Shown: positions 1-11,753 of the stretch, piece after piece
Numbering within the stretch: position 1 is the first letter of the stretch
How the letters are laid out: each line of letters opens with the position of its first letter
Source of the DNA: Podarcis filfolensis
Lineage: Eukaryota
Assembly (NCBI GenBank): GCA_964270895.1
Contig: OZ185450.1
DNA length: 64,000 bases
Direction: 5' to 3' (one strand)
The notes under the pieces: model-generated
The model's database searches: none
What the model saw: only the letters and a program-made list of their open reading frames with translations
Told to the model about the DNA's origin: nothing
Program-made: the position numbers and the translations under genes

Positions 1-594
1 GGAAAGAAGGGAGCAAAAGGGATGTTGTTAAAAATACTTGGACAGCATTAAGCAGGAGTTAGAACAATTTTAATGACGGAGCTGGCATTAAGAATGGACC
101 AGGCAAGCAGTAACCTTCACAAATCGGAGCCCTCCCTTGTCTTTGTTCAGTGCAGAGTTCAAACTTGCCTTTCCTGGGGTTTCACTTCAGTAACAAGCAG
201 AACGCTGAAGCAATAAAGGGCATTTATGTGGCACATAATGGGGATTTATTGCCATTTTGTACATTGTATTGAGTACTTTACAGTGCAAATGAGACGCCAC
301 AATTTTGTAAATAATGCATAGCAATCACCGTAATAACTTACTGGGTCTGCAAGTGGTTCTGTCCGTCCAACTTGCTTCTCTTGGATTGAGATATTGGCAC
401 AGGTGGGAGAGGTACCATCAGAATGCTGAGAGCAATAAGAAAGTAGCACGGTGGGTTTGAGCAACATATGAAATTGTATCTAATGGAGGAATCTTCTGCA
501 AAAGCCTCAATTACGCTGGAACAGTGGTAAGAGAAAAGACCCCTCAATGCAAAATTTAGGGCAATTGTGACATTAGTAGCCAATAGATCAATTA

Positions 595-751
595 CTGTAT
601 TTTTCCGTCTATAAGACGCCCCCCATGTATGCGACACCCCCTATTTTGGGGGACTCAGTCTTAAGAAAATCTACCCTCGGCACTATCCGTGTCTAATTTT
701 GGACATTATTTTTTAGGGGGGAAACCTAGTCTTATGCACAGAAAAATATGG
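595..751. mobile_element. Tc1/mariner-superfamily (pogo/Tc2-like) MITE
   Basis: TA dinucleotides at 593-594 and 752-753. Imperfect ~23-bp TIRs: CTGTATTTTTCCGTCTATAAGAC versus the reverse complement of GTCTTATGCACAGAAAAATATGG. No coding capacity. Confidence 0.75.
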
Positions 752-775
752 TATTTCCATTTGCCCTCTCACTGA

Positions 776-1156
776 TAGGGATGGAGGAGAAATTCAATTT
801 TGCTCACATTTAATCGATCAAATTTGCACCTTCTGAAATTATACGAGAAGCAAAACACCGGCATCCTTCGAAATTCACACTTATCCAGATTTTGTGTTGC
901 AGTTCTCCAGCAAACCATCACTTACATATTAGGGAGAAGTGTCCATTAAAAAAGTTACAAAAATGCACTATATTAGGGAAGTTGCTTGAGGAAATGTTTG
1001 TATTAATAAAAAATGTGTATAAAAATATTAGGAGAAATGTGCACCAAAATGTTGGTAAATTTTCCTGAGGGTTTTCTTCTTTTTTTAAATCTCAAATTGT
1101 TGCAGAAATGTGGAGAACTAAATCTAAAATTGAAAAAAATGAGTTGGTTCCTCCTG
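776..1156 (+). mobile_element. AT-rich non-autonomous hAT-like element (TAGGGATGG-ended family)
   Basis: Starts TAGGGATGGAGGAG and shares internal AT-rich motifs with copies at ~10083-10324, 41450-41775, ~49520-49880 and ~63196-63800. The 41450 copy has an 8-bp TSD. Right end approximate. Confidence 0.6.
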
Positions 1157-2399
1157 TCACTGGAGCCATTGCTTCTGGCTCCCCCTGCTGTTGGTCTCCC
1201 TGGCTTCTGCCCTACCAATCCCAACAGGGACCATCCACTATTGGGCCACCCATGAGCAAGCCATTCTCTTTGGCTGATTCATTTTATCATCCTTTGTTAT
1301 AGTCTCTGGTCCCCCTCCTAAGTAAGTTATCTTCTTCTCTGCCACTGTCCTTTCTTTGCTCCTGTAGTGCAGCTCACTCTTGCACTTCATAGATTTGCTG
1401 CATAGTGGGATCAAGAGGATGGCTGCCTAGATCTTTCCCTGGAGGCTGGAGCTCAATCTCATATGTTTTCAGGATGCTGAATTGATGTTGCCCTTTCGCT
1501 GTGGCTTTTCGCTTCTCTCTCCTGCTGCAGCACAGACTGAAAAGTCTAATGCCAGCGTTCTTCCTTTAATCCATCCACTCCCTTACATTTAGAGAAAGGG
1601 AGGGAGTCAGAATTTATTCCTTTTAAAAAATAATAATATTTTTTATTGGAAATTTTATTTACAACATAACATAAACCCCCCCCACCCCCAATACAGAAAT
1701 ACAATAAGCACAACATACAACAATACAAACAACCAAATAGTCAGAATTTATTCAATTAATTTGCTTATAAGAGTTAAAGATGCATGCAAAGGAAGTTTGT
1801 GAACATGAACTTCTTGTTCAGCCCTTGCATTTCTGAACAGAACAATGTGTGTGTATGTGTGTATGTATATGCGTGCACGCAAATAACCAAATGCTGCTGG
1901 GCAAAGTGGGGGAGGGGGGAGAGAGTTGTTAACAAGTGAGTGAGAAATCCCATACTGTAACAAGCTGCATCCCTTTGCACAAATTTCCATTAATAAGCTG
2001 TGTTGTCAAGTAGGCATCCACAGCAACCAGCTCTGTGTGCTAGTTAGGAAAGTGTTGGACCATTTTAGCAAATGTTTGAACAAATCCCAGCCTGATCTTT
2101 TTTTTGCAGAGTGGTGGGAATCAAGAGGTCAGCTTGCTCTGGAAACAGGAACTATAGAGACTAAAGTGTTGTGGCAGTTTGGTTTTGCTACAGTTGCACC
2201 AGTGATAGGACTGGGATGCCTCTTGGTGGCAGTGCAGCACTCCAAAATGTGAATTTGGGGTGGGGGGTGTTATGGTTTTGGCAGTCTGGAGCTGAAGCCC
2301 CAAGGTACTGAACCAAGATTCATTTCTGCATCTTTGGTGATTCTGGAGTAATAACCAATGAACTCAATGAGTCCAACCATTAAATCAGATGTTGGAGAG

Positions 2400-2785
2400 A
2401 TTGGAAATACCTAAAAAAACCCATATCCTCTCCTACAGACACTCCTAAGTGTTAAGATCAGCAGAGGAAGCCCTCTTGGTAGTTGCACTATTCTCAGAAG
2501 TTTGTTGTGAGTGTGTTCCAAGAGGGGGCCTTCTCTGTGGCAGCCCCTAAATTGTTGAATTCCCTCAGAGCTGTGTCTGGCTTCATCACAATACAACATT
2601 TGGCAAAATCTGAAGATGCACCTCTTTACCCTGGCCTTCAACACTGGAGACATGTGTTTTCAGGAGCCACCCGATTCTCATGAATTTAATAAGTTTAAAC
2701 TGTTTTTAATTCTGAATTAATTCTGAATTTTAATTCTGAATTGTTGTAACCTTCCTTGGGACCTGCTGGTGAATAATAAAGTTTG

Positions 2786-2830
<45 letters not shown>
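2400..2830 (+). mobile_element. L2 LINE 3' fragment with (TAA)n tail
   Basis: Contains the L2 3' motif GGGCCTTCTCTGTGGCAGCCCCTAAATTGTTGAATTCCCT and TTGTAACCTTCCTTGGGACC, ending in (TAA)n at ~2789-2830. Start approximate. Confidence 0.7.
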
Positions 2831-2832
<2 letters not shown>

Positions 2833-3018
2833 GCCAGCTCAGCCTTCCCAAATCAGCTTCCCAGCAAGATCACCGATTCCCCAATTCCTCATCTCTTTAC
2901 GCAACAGTCTTCAGTGTCCTGCAGAATATTGAGGTTCCTTGGGAGCATCTTTGGGATTCTCCAAAGAGAACATTGGCAGTGATAAGCAAGCCAATGTGGT
3001 CTGATGGTTGGAGCAGAG

Positions 3019-3156
3019 CAGTGCCATTTTTTTCTAGAAAAAGAGGTGCTGGAACTCACCATGAACACCTCCCTTCTTCTCTTATAATGGCAACAGCGCC
3101 CACTTGAGAGGTACCAGAACTGAGTTCCCATGAGTTCTGGCAGGGAAAAAAGCAGG
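3019..3156 (+). mobile_element. Short non-autonomous DNA element, copy 1 (sister of 18411-18533)
   Basis: Shares TTTTTCTAGAAAAA..GCTGGAACTCACC..TTCTCTTATAATG..GAGAGGT..CTGAGTTC with 18411-18533. Ends resemble hAT-type CAG..TTTTTC / GAAAAAAGCCCTG. No clear TSD. Confidence 0.55.
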
Positions 3157-3852
3157 GTTTGGAGAACTCTTTCCAGTCCAAGGGCCACGTTTACTCATGA
3201 ACAATCTTCTAGAATATGCAGGCCAGTAGTGGGTGTGACCAGGGATGAATCCAGACAAGGCAACAGGTGTGCCTCTTACCTTTCTACGGCAAGCTAAATT
3301 CTAACCCCAGAAAAGACAATGATCTCTTCTAGAGGTTTGCAGCAGCTTTGTATAATCCTTGGGTTGAACTGGGGCACCTTGGGGTGTTTGGGGACTTGCC
3401 CAGCACTAGGTGAGATCTACAGGAGCTGAGCACCTCCCCACACAAACACATTCAAATGGATACCTGCCAAAAGCCATGGAGCGCTCTGTTGGCTTGGTCA
3501 TAAGGAAAACACCAAAATACTCCATACAGAAGAGTTTTTTTTAAAAAAAAATATGCAAAAAGTGAAGCCAAACTTACAAGAAGCATCCCTGGTTAAATGG
3601 GAAACCACAAGCAAAATTGGTCTGCAGTTTGGCAGGCTTATCACCCAGGGACACCTCTCTTATGCCTGCTCTTTACAGACCGGTTGCCTGCAAAACACTT
3701 GGGAAGCTTAAGTGGTTCCTATTTTACCCACCCCGAAAGTTTGCAAAGTCTGCCTTTGTGGGAGAACTGCTGCAGTGATCATTCTGAAATTTGGGAGAGT
3801 TCAACCATTCAGAAATATCTATGCCTGCAACCTGTATCAAATGCTGCCCAGA

Positions 3853-3900
<48 letters not shown>
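3853..3900. repeat. (AAT)16 microsatellite
   Basis: Direct read; the source of the poly-N and poly-I ORFs in the track. Confidence 0.95.
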
Positions 3901-3901
<1 letters not shown>

Positions 3902-3969
3902 CCTCTGGGGTCTGAGATGGGGTTTCTGCAGTCCCACTGCACACATAAAAGATGCAGAGTTAAAGGCTG

Positions 3970-4166
3970 GTGTGGCCAAAAGGAGAACAAAGCTAGGATT
4001 CTCCTTTATGCAGAGTCAGATCAATGGTCCACCTTCCTCAGCATTTTCTGGCTGGCATCAGCTCTGGTTTCAGAAAGTGGCTTTTGCTAGCCTTACCTGG
4101 AGATGCTGAGGATTGAAACTGGGACCTTTTGCATGCCCAGCCTGTGCTGTACCACTGAGCCTTCCA
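3970..4166 (-). mobile_element. tRNA-derived squamate SINE (family also at 37010, 53990, 62224, 62500)
   Basis: The reverse strand reads ..GGCTCAGTGGTACAGCAC..GCATGCAAAAGGTCCCAGTTTCAATCCTCAGCATCTCCAGGTAAGGCT.., with Pol III A/B-box-like motifs and the shared CTGAAACC..GCTG..GCCAG body. Confidence 0.7.
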
Positions 4167-5227
4167 CCAAAGCAGGTAGTGCCAAGACGGGGTAAGCTTG
4201 CAGATGGAGGCATCTCTCTGACGTGATTGAAGATTTGAGAGCCAAAGACTGGGGAAGGACAAAGGAAAGAGAGCAAGCTTGTACCTCATTGTCTAGAGAA
4301 TAGATGAGCTGCAGGATGCAAAAGGAAGGGAGCTGTCAATCAGTCAGTTCTAACAGAACAGGCAGCAGATGGATTTCAATACGAGAAATGAGCATAAATA
4401 TTTCTTAGCTGAGACGAGACATAAAGCAAAGAAATATCTTGTTTGACTAGGCACAGCGGGAAACTTCCAAGGACTTTGAAGTTTAAAAAAAAAAGAGGGA
4501 GAGAGAGAGGTGGGGGGAAAACCAACCTTCGCACCACCAAAATATTAATGGGCAATTTACCCTGCAGCATTCAAGAGACACCCTGAAGGTTCTGAGCAGG
4601 TAACAATAAATGGAGAGAATAAATAGAATGGAACAACGTGGCATGCTTTGTCAAGCAGAGCTGCAGTTCCAGCATAATCCTATGCCGAACTACTCAGAAG
4701 TTAGTCCAAATGCATTGGGTGGTACTTGCTCCAAATGTGTACAGAATTGCAGCACACATTATTGAAACTGAGTATCGTATGCATTGAATAAACGTGCAGA
4801 GAACTGCAGTTTAAGACATGATAGACATGATGTGGTTTGCCCCTGTGAGAACAGGATGTTGAATTAGGGGGCTCATTGGCCTACTCCAGAAGGGCTCTCC
4901 TTATGTTCTCGTAACCATGGTCCCATAGAATCAGTTCAAAGACAGAGGTCTTAGTGAACCATGCTTCTGGGGAGAAAATCCTCAATCTCTGACTTTGGTG
5001 AGCCTCCAAAAGGAAGGAAGGAGTTCTGAAAGTGGAAGTCTACCACCAAGCATGCGACTCCCTGTGCTCTTGCTGTCAGAAATGGCATAGCCCTGTGCAG
5101 ATGTCTGGTGTGTCTACCCTCAATATATACATTCATAGGGGAGCTGGATCAAAACTCACATCAGCCCATGCCAGGGGTGATTGCAGTTGTTGTCCAAATC
5201 ATCCAGAGGACATCAGGTTAGAGAAGG

Positions 5228-5352
5228 CTGTTTTAGATACAATGGGTCCATGCATCTGGCTGTTAACACCAAGGTTGTTGGTTCGAGACCACCCAGGGAT
5301 AGCTGTGAGCAGGATTCCTGCATTGTAGGCAATTGGGCTATGATTCTATGCT
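5228..5352 (+). mobile_element. SINE with tRNA-Asn(GTT)-derived head and truncated CR1-type tail
   Basis: GGCTGTTAAC..AAGGTTG.TGGTTCGAG.CCACCCAGGGA matches the vertebrate tRNA-Asn 3' half as I recall it (anticodon GTT at 5262-5264). It is followed by ATTCCTGCATTG..TATGATTCTATG (CR1 terminus). Confidence 0.65.
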
Positions 5353-5366
5353 CGTTTCTTTATTTT

Positions 5367-5515
5367 AGCCTGGATAGCTCAGTTGGTTAGAGCATGGTGC
5401 TAATAATGCCAAGGTTGCAGGTTCGATCCTGATAAGGGACAGCTCCATATTCCTGCATTGCAGAAGGTTGGACCAGATGATCCTGTGGGTCCCTTCCAAC
5501 TCTATAATTCTATGA
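5367..5515 (+). mobile_element. SINE with tRNA-Ile(AAT)-derived head and CR1 3' tail
   Basis: TAGCTCAGTTGGTTAGAGCATGGTGCTAATAATGCCAAGGTTGCAGGTTCGATC looks like CpG-decayed tRNA-Ile-AAT (anticodon 5402-5404). It runs into the CR1 end CCTGCATTGCAGAAGGTTGGACCAGATGATCC..GGTCCCTTCCAACTCTATAATTCTATGA. Acceptor and T stems are broken. Confidence 0.8.
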
Positions 5516-6209
5516 GACAGGGAGGAAACATTTTCTATGAGAGATCTGTGCAGGCCCTGCAATGGGTTTTAAATATCCACAAATCTATTCAAACAGGAGT
5601 AATGGGGGAAAGCCAGAATTTTTCATGGTATATACCTGATGTGATTGATTGTGAGGTGCACATGTCACCTATGAACCTTTATATAAGGGTCTTGGACATA
5701 TGACCAAGAACTGTCCATACAGAAATATTTGACAGGAAACTCTAATGAAACAGCTGAGAGCAATATCAGAAGGAATGAAGGGGAGAGAGGGAGACAGAGA
5801 GAGAGGGAGGGAGGGTGAGCCAATTTAATGAACTGTATGAGTGGCTGGGTGTTTGTGAGGCAAGGAGGGGGGGACAGAGAGAAGAGAGAGCATTGTTTCC
5901 AATCAATCAAGCGAGTAGCCATGATTGGCAGACAGAGCAGAGAAGAATTTAGGATAAGTAGTGAATATCAAATGCCCTGTGTTCCTGAAGGCTAATCCTC
6001 AAATCCTATCCTCTATCCTTACCTGACTGTGTAAGTATCTCTCCGGTGGATGAGAATGAGAGAGAATTTGGAAATATCATATTGTTTAGCTAATTGCCAG
6101 ATTTAGATTGTAATACCAGGATCTTCACATTGTGCCAACAACGGTGCCAACTTGCTCTTTCTGCAGGACTTCTCTCTCTCCCGCCCTCCCTCATATGCAC
6201 ACACATATA

Positions 6210-6451
6210 CAGTAGTACCTTGGGTTACATACGCTTCAGGTTACATACGCTTCAGGTTACAGACTCTGCTAACCCAGAAATAGTACCTCGGGTTAAGAAC
6301 TTTGCTTCAGGATGAGAACAGAAATCATCCTCCAGCGGTGCAGCAGCAGCGGGAGGTCCCATTAGCTAAAGTGGTGCTTCATGTTAAGAACAGTTTCAGG
6401 TTAAGAACGGACCTTCAGAACGAATTAAGTTCTTAACCCGAGGTACGACTA
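6210..6451 (+). mobile_element. Tigger/pogo-like MITE (TA TSD), copy 1
   Basis: TA|CAGTAGTACCTTGGGTTA ... TTAACCCGAGGTACGACTA|TA, with internal tandem TTCAGGTTACATACGC repeats. A near-identical inverted copy lies at 15890-16128. Strand label is relative. Confidence 0.85.
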
Positions 6452-7660
6452 TACACACAGAGCTCATCCACATGTCTTTTTGTCCTGTGATTTCGTCTGT
6501 CCTATGATTTCTAGTTGTGAATCCAAGAGGTTCCTTTTTTTGTCCCACCACATTACTTGGGGGGCGGGGGAGCACTGCTTACTGCTGAATTGGAACAAAG
6601 GACAATCAGCAGACAACCTGATTGATGTTTATTCTGAGTCAGCAGGAAACAGTGAGGTTTCCTGGGGAAAACAGCAGGACAAAAAAAGAACTTTTCAGAC
6701 TTGTAAATAGAAATCATGGAACAAGTGGAAGTGTGGAAGAGCCCACACAGCCCCTTAGAGATGTACCCCTTACATCATTATACAATCATCAAATAACAAT
6801 TGGAACTGACCTTAGAGAACATTGTCTCAGAGTGGCTGGGGAAATCCAACCAGATGGGCGGGATAGAAATAATAAATGATTATCATTAATAAATTATTAT
6901 TGTATTGTCCAGGGGTGGGAATCATGTGGCCTGTGGGCCAGTCTTGGCCCACTGTGGGGGTGGAAGGGTCAAATTTGACCCGTGAGACCAAATTTTATTT
7001 TGGGGGGATATTTCTGCAAACCTCATGCTCACCCCAAAACTGCTGATACATTATACATGGCTGGTATCATGTGGTTACAAAACCAACTTCACTCACAGTC
7101 TGGACATTGGCAATAAAGGGAATGATGCAACACCAGCTTTAGATCAAGCAAGGAGGTTCCTCCTTCCTATGCCCTCCCTCCCTCCCTCCCTCCCTCCCTC
7201 ATTCTCCCACTCCAACTGCTTATAATTTAGATTGCAAAGGTCCTCAGGCCAGGATTTTCTGTTCATGTTTCTCTGTAAAGTGCCATGCAAACAGTTGATG
7301 ATGTATAAATCACACATAATAATAACAAATGTAATGTGGCAGCTACCGGTACAAAATCATAATTCATTTCATAGCTGGTTTTAAGGTAATGACCTTCAAG
7401 TACCTTTGAAGGCATAGATTGTAACCATGCAACAGGAAATGCCCCACAGCCATGGGGAAGCAAGAGAGGGTTTTTTTGGGGGGGGGAGGGAATGATAGCA
7501 CTTCACAAAGTCTGTGATAAAACCCCAATGCTGTTACTGTTTTAAAGTCATGAGCATATGGTCACTGGCCTGCCATTTTTACTCCATCACTCCCTATTAA
7601 AAATACAATACAAATCTGTGATGAGACAATCCATTTTCCGAGCTAAGAAAAAATGCATTT

Positions 7661-7991
7661 GCTCTGGGTTAAACCACAGAGCCTAGGACTTGCCGATCAG
7701 AAGGTTGGTGGTTTGAATCCCCGCAACGGGGTGAGCTCCCGTTGTTCAGTCCCTGCTCCTGCCAACCTAGCAGTTCGAAAGCACGTCAAAGTGCAAGTAG
7801 ATAAATAGGTACCGCTCTGGCAGGAAGGTAAACGGCATTTCCATGCACTGCTCTGGTTCGCCAGAAGCAGCTTAGTCATGCTGGCCACATGACCCGGAAG
7901 CTGCATGCCGGCTCCCTTGGCCAATAAAGTGAGATGAGCGCCACAACCCCAGAGTCGGCCACAACTGGACCTAATGGTCAGGGGTCCCTTT
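7661..7991 (+). mobile_element. Sauria SINE (slightly 5'-truncated)
   Basis: Diagnostic body GGGTTAAACCACAGAGCCTAGG..GCAAGTAGATAAATAGGTACC..GTCATGCTGGCCACATGACCCGGAAGCTG..CTGGACCTAATGGTCAGGGGTCCCTTT (Bov-B-derived 3' end). Confidence 0.92.
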
Positions 7992-8069
7992 TATGGCCCA
8001 TGTACAGCATGCAAACTGAGCTGATCCACATAACGTCACTTCCTTTGCTTCTTGATTGCATTGAAATTC

Positions 8070-8235
8070 CACCTTCTCCAAGAAGCTCAAGGTAGTGTAC
8101 ATGGTTCTCTGTCTCCTTGGTTAACCCTGTGGGGTTGATAAGGCTGAGAGGCAGTGACTGGCCCCAAAAGTCACCCAGTGAGCTTCATGGCCAAGTGGGG
8201 ATTTGAACCCCCTGGTCTCCCAGGTCCTAGTCTGA
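8070..8235 (-). mobile_element. MIR-like CORE SINE (copies also at ~9915-10082 and ~23745-23940)
   Basis: Shared GGCTGAGAGGCAGTGACTGGCCC..GTCACCCAGTGAGCTTCATGGCCAAGTGGGGATTTGAACCC..GGTCTC motif in three places. Boundaries approximate. Confidence 0.65.
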
Positions 8236-9464
8236 ATGCAATAAGACCAACTGCAAGCCAACTACATTGAATCTACATCTGTTACTAAGGGCCCACAAGC
8301 GACAGGGTGAGCAGACCGTGCATGCCCACCCTCTGCGAATGAGTTTGGATTTGTTTGCCCAGTCCTAAGGCTTGGGACATCATCTGTGCAAAGAAGCTGT
8401 GCTTGCCCCACTCTTGAACAGGAAAGTGCAGGTGGGGTGTCAAGAGTTGGATGAACTTTGTACCTAATCCTAGCCATGTATCTTAGCACCCTGTTGTGCT
8501 TTTCCTGCTTCAGATCTGTAGACCCATTTTGGGATGCTGTACTGATTTCATCCATAAAGCTTTCAGATCTTCCAGCCATGGGAACTATTAAGAGAAAGCC
8601 AACCCAAGCAGTTCTTTCCAGTCTAGGTGCAAATGCTGCAGTGGAACAGAATGGTAATTCAGCTGCCCCAGTCCCCATGTCCACTAGGGCGTATGCTAGA
8701 GTTTCTGGGGTGCTCTGGAAGCACTTATATAACTCCATGCAAAACAAATTACTATCAGGGACTGTTGCAATATGGCCCATTAGTGATTGTTGGCAGCACA
8801 TTTTCTCTCCCCCTTCCCCTGGCCTCTGTTTACAATCTTCTCTTTATTAGTGTTGTTTAATGTCCGCATTTATGATTCACATTTAGACGGAGGGCAAAAG
8901 GAGAGTGCCATGTGAAACGAATGACCCTTCATTTTAGGATGTCACTCGGAGCAACAAGTTCTTGCAGTGTTAATTTTTATTACCAGGAGGCAGCCGTAAA
9001 TTGGCTCTGAATTGCTGTAGGGATTGTAATTAAATAGTTAGTCTTTCGCCTCCAAAAAAGAAGCAATCTTTCATGCCCTTACTTTTACTTATCTCAAATC
9101 AGCCGCTGTCAACCTCAGCTGAGGTAGTGTAAAGATTTATAGACCTTAGGGGTAAGTATTGACCATTGGGAAGCCTGCCTTAATGTTCACCTTGAAGGAC
9201 GATAAATTGTGCTATTGATTAAAGCTGAATGCCAATGGCTGTATTGTTGTAAACATTTTAATAAAATTATCTCCATAAAATATTCTCCTTCTGAAGCAAG
9301 CCCACTGCTAGTCTGAGTCCTGATTCACACGGGAGAGCTGTTGGGTGTTGATCACACTCATAGTTGCCATGAGCCTACTGCTCTGGGTGCCTTTTTTGTA
9401 CCCCAGAACCACTGGGGTAGAAAACCAGGATCCCACCACAGCTGCAAGATGTGGGCATTTGTTT

Positions 9465-9576
9465 GTTTGTTTGTTTGTTTTTCTATAACACCACCCTTCA
9501 TCCAAGGATCACAGAGTGGTTTACAATATAAAGACACAAAAATACATAACATAGTAGCAAACATAAATAATAAACC

Positions 9577-9664
<88 letters not shown>

Positions 9665-9850
9665 TTAAAAGGCCATTGATTGTTTAATTAGCCAAAGGCC
9701 TGGGAGAAGAGGAATGCTTTTGCCTGGAGCCTACAGAAGTGTGAAAAAGGCACCAGGCAAGCCTCCCTGGGGACAGCATTCCACAAACAGGGAGCCACCA
9801 CAGAAAAGGCCCATTCTTGTGTTGTCACACATGAAGAAGGGCCTCAGATG
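9465..9850 (-). mobile_element. L2 LINE 3' fragment with internal compound microsatellite
   Basis: (TTTG)n tail, then CCACCCTTCATCC..GGTTTACA and CAGCATTCCACAAACAGGGAGCCACCACAGAAAAGGCC (reverse of the L2 3' motif). Confidence 0.65.
9581..9662. repeat. Compound microsatellite (CT)14(CA)7(GA)20
   Basis: Direct read. Confidence 0.95.
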
Positions 9851-9914
9851 ACAATCACAGGGTTCTGGTTTGTTCCTATAAGGAGAGGTCCATCCTTTTT
9901 TTTCATTTATATTC

Positions 9915-10082
9915 CACCTTTTTCTCTCTCTGAAGAGCTCAAGGCGGCATACGTGGCTTCCCCCCCTCATTTAATCCACCCAACAGCCACGTGAGATAGG
10001 CTAGGCTGAGAGGGACAGTGCTTGGCCCAAGGTCACCCAGTGAGCTTCACAGCCAAGTGGGGATTCGAACTCTGGTCTCTAG
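9915..10082 (-). mobile_element. MIR-like CORE SINE
   Basis: Same motif as 8070-8235: GAAGAGCTCAAGGCGGCATAC..GGCTAGGCTGAGAG..CCCAAGGTCACCCAGTGAGCTTC. Confidence 0.65.
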
Positions 10083-10324
10083 TGAAAATAACACACAAAA
10101 GTGCATTACATAAGGGGAAACAGTTTTGCCAAAATGTGTAGTTTAGGGGAAATTGCAGACAACAACGTGTATGTAAAGGAGAAATTTGCACTAAAATGCT
10201 GGTGAATTTTCACGAGCACTTTAAAAGCACACAACTGAGGTGGAACTATGAACAAGTGAACTGAAAATTGGCAAAAAAATGAGAAAGTGGGAGGAACCAA
10301 GAAATGACAAGTTTGGCCATCCCT
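10083..10324 (+). mobile_element. 5'-truncated copy of the TAGGGATGG hAT-like family
   Basis: AT-rich body similar to 776-1156, ending GGCCATCCCT (TIR). Confidence 0.5.
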
Positions 10325-11753
10325 CTTGGCTGCAGCTCTGCAGACTTTGGTTTTTCCAGCCTCACCCAGAGGTGATGGAGACCTTCAGCAGACACTGCAG
10401 ACGCTCTGCATCCTTTCCCTCCCTAACTCTCTCTTCCCTCCCTGCTTGAGGTAGCAATGGGAGTCTGCCCATTCTCACCTCTTGCCCCTTTGTGCCAAGC
10501 CTACCCTTCCTGCAGCCTGTCTTCGAGTGTTGCCATTTCCCGACTGGCCTGCTGACACTCCCCCCCCCCCCCCGTTCTGACAGATGAGTCCCCATCAGCC
10601 AGGGGCCTTACGAAGCGAGACACTGTCCTCCAGCTTGTAGATGGCAATCTCTTTAATGTACCCGCTCTGGCTTATCTCCGCTGCTCCACGGGAGACACAT
10701 CACTCTGTTATTTATACCTTTCTGTTTCGGGCCCACTGCTGCTGCGGATGCTGCCGTCGCCACCGCCTCTTGCCTGCCTCTAGAGAGGACATGGGGACCT
10801 TATTGACATGCCAGTGCTATTAGCAAACTCTGCTGGGTTCCTTTGAGTCGTGTTAGTAATATCGGCCTCATGCCTGCCTCATTATCCTTTCTTGATTCTG
10901 GCACCCCTGGGATCCCTTCACTGGAGATGCTGGAAAGGGAACCTAGGGATTTATGCATGCAAAACTATGTGCGGTGCTTCGGAGTGAGAGACAGTAGACA
11001 ACCCCAGAAGGATTATGGGAACTGAAGTACACAGGGCCCTCAGCTGTATCATTCTGTATGATAAATGCAAATGAAGGTGACTGGCAGATACCTTGGATTA
11101 TTTATTTATTTTTAAACTACACACAACTACAATAAAAATGAAAATCCACATTATTGCATTGATCTGCCGAAAATTCTGTTGAGGGGACTTTTGGAAGGAA
11201 GGAACCAGCTGCTGCTTTGCCTTGAAGGTATCCTAGTTGTTCAGACTATTATTTATTGAGTGTATCTTGTTTTTCCTCTGCAGATCAGTTTACAGATATT
11301 TCCTGGCAGAGTTTGTTATAATCTGCAGCTAGTCACTGCCTGTGCAGCAGGAAGCGGGGAGAATTGTGCAGTGGAGACGTAAAGTTTTTCTGCAGTTGGG
11401 TGTACAGAGTTTAACAGGAGATGAGGGAAAACAAAGAAGGCAGAAAGAAGATATTGCAGATGAAATACCTTTCAGTCTTCATAACCTTATCCTAATATTT
11501 AATACAGAGTCATTTGATTACTTCTTCATTTCTCACTAAGCACCTCCACTTTTCCCTTTTTATTTTATTTCCCCGGCTTCACTATTCCTTCATTGCTTCT
11601 TCCCATTGCTTCTTTCATTTAGGAAAGGTTTGGCGGGTGTGGGGGAGAAATACATCTTGGGGGTTCAAGTACAGAGACTTACACCAAATTCCCAACTGGT
11701 CATACTTTGTTCAGTAATGCATCACTGGACAGAGTTCAAAGAGTCAGCAAGAG

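Noticed and set aside
2769-4090. Poly-Ile and poly-Asn ORFs
   Set aside because: Translations of (AAT)n microsatellites.
5367-5441. Functional tRNA-Ile(AAT) gene
   Set aside because: D and anticodon arms are recognisable, but the T stem and acceptor stem no longer pair, CpGs have decayed, and it runs directly into a CR1 tail instead of an oligo-T terminator. It is a SINE head.
8262-8801. 179-aa minus-strand ORF (longest gap-free ORF in the track)
   Set aside because: No recognisable domain, no splice context, and overlapping ORFs in other frames; expected by chance in 64 kb.
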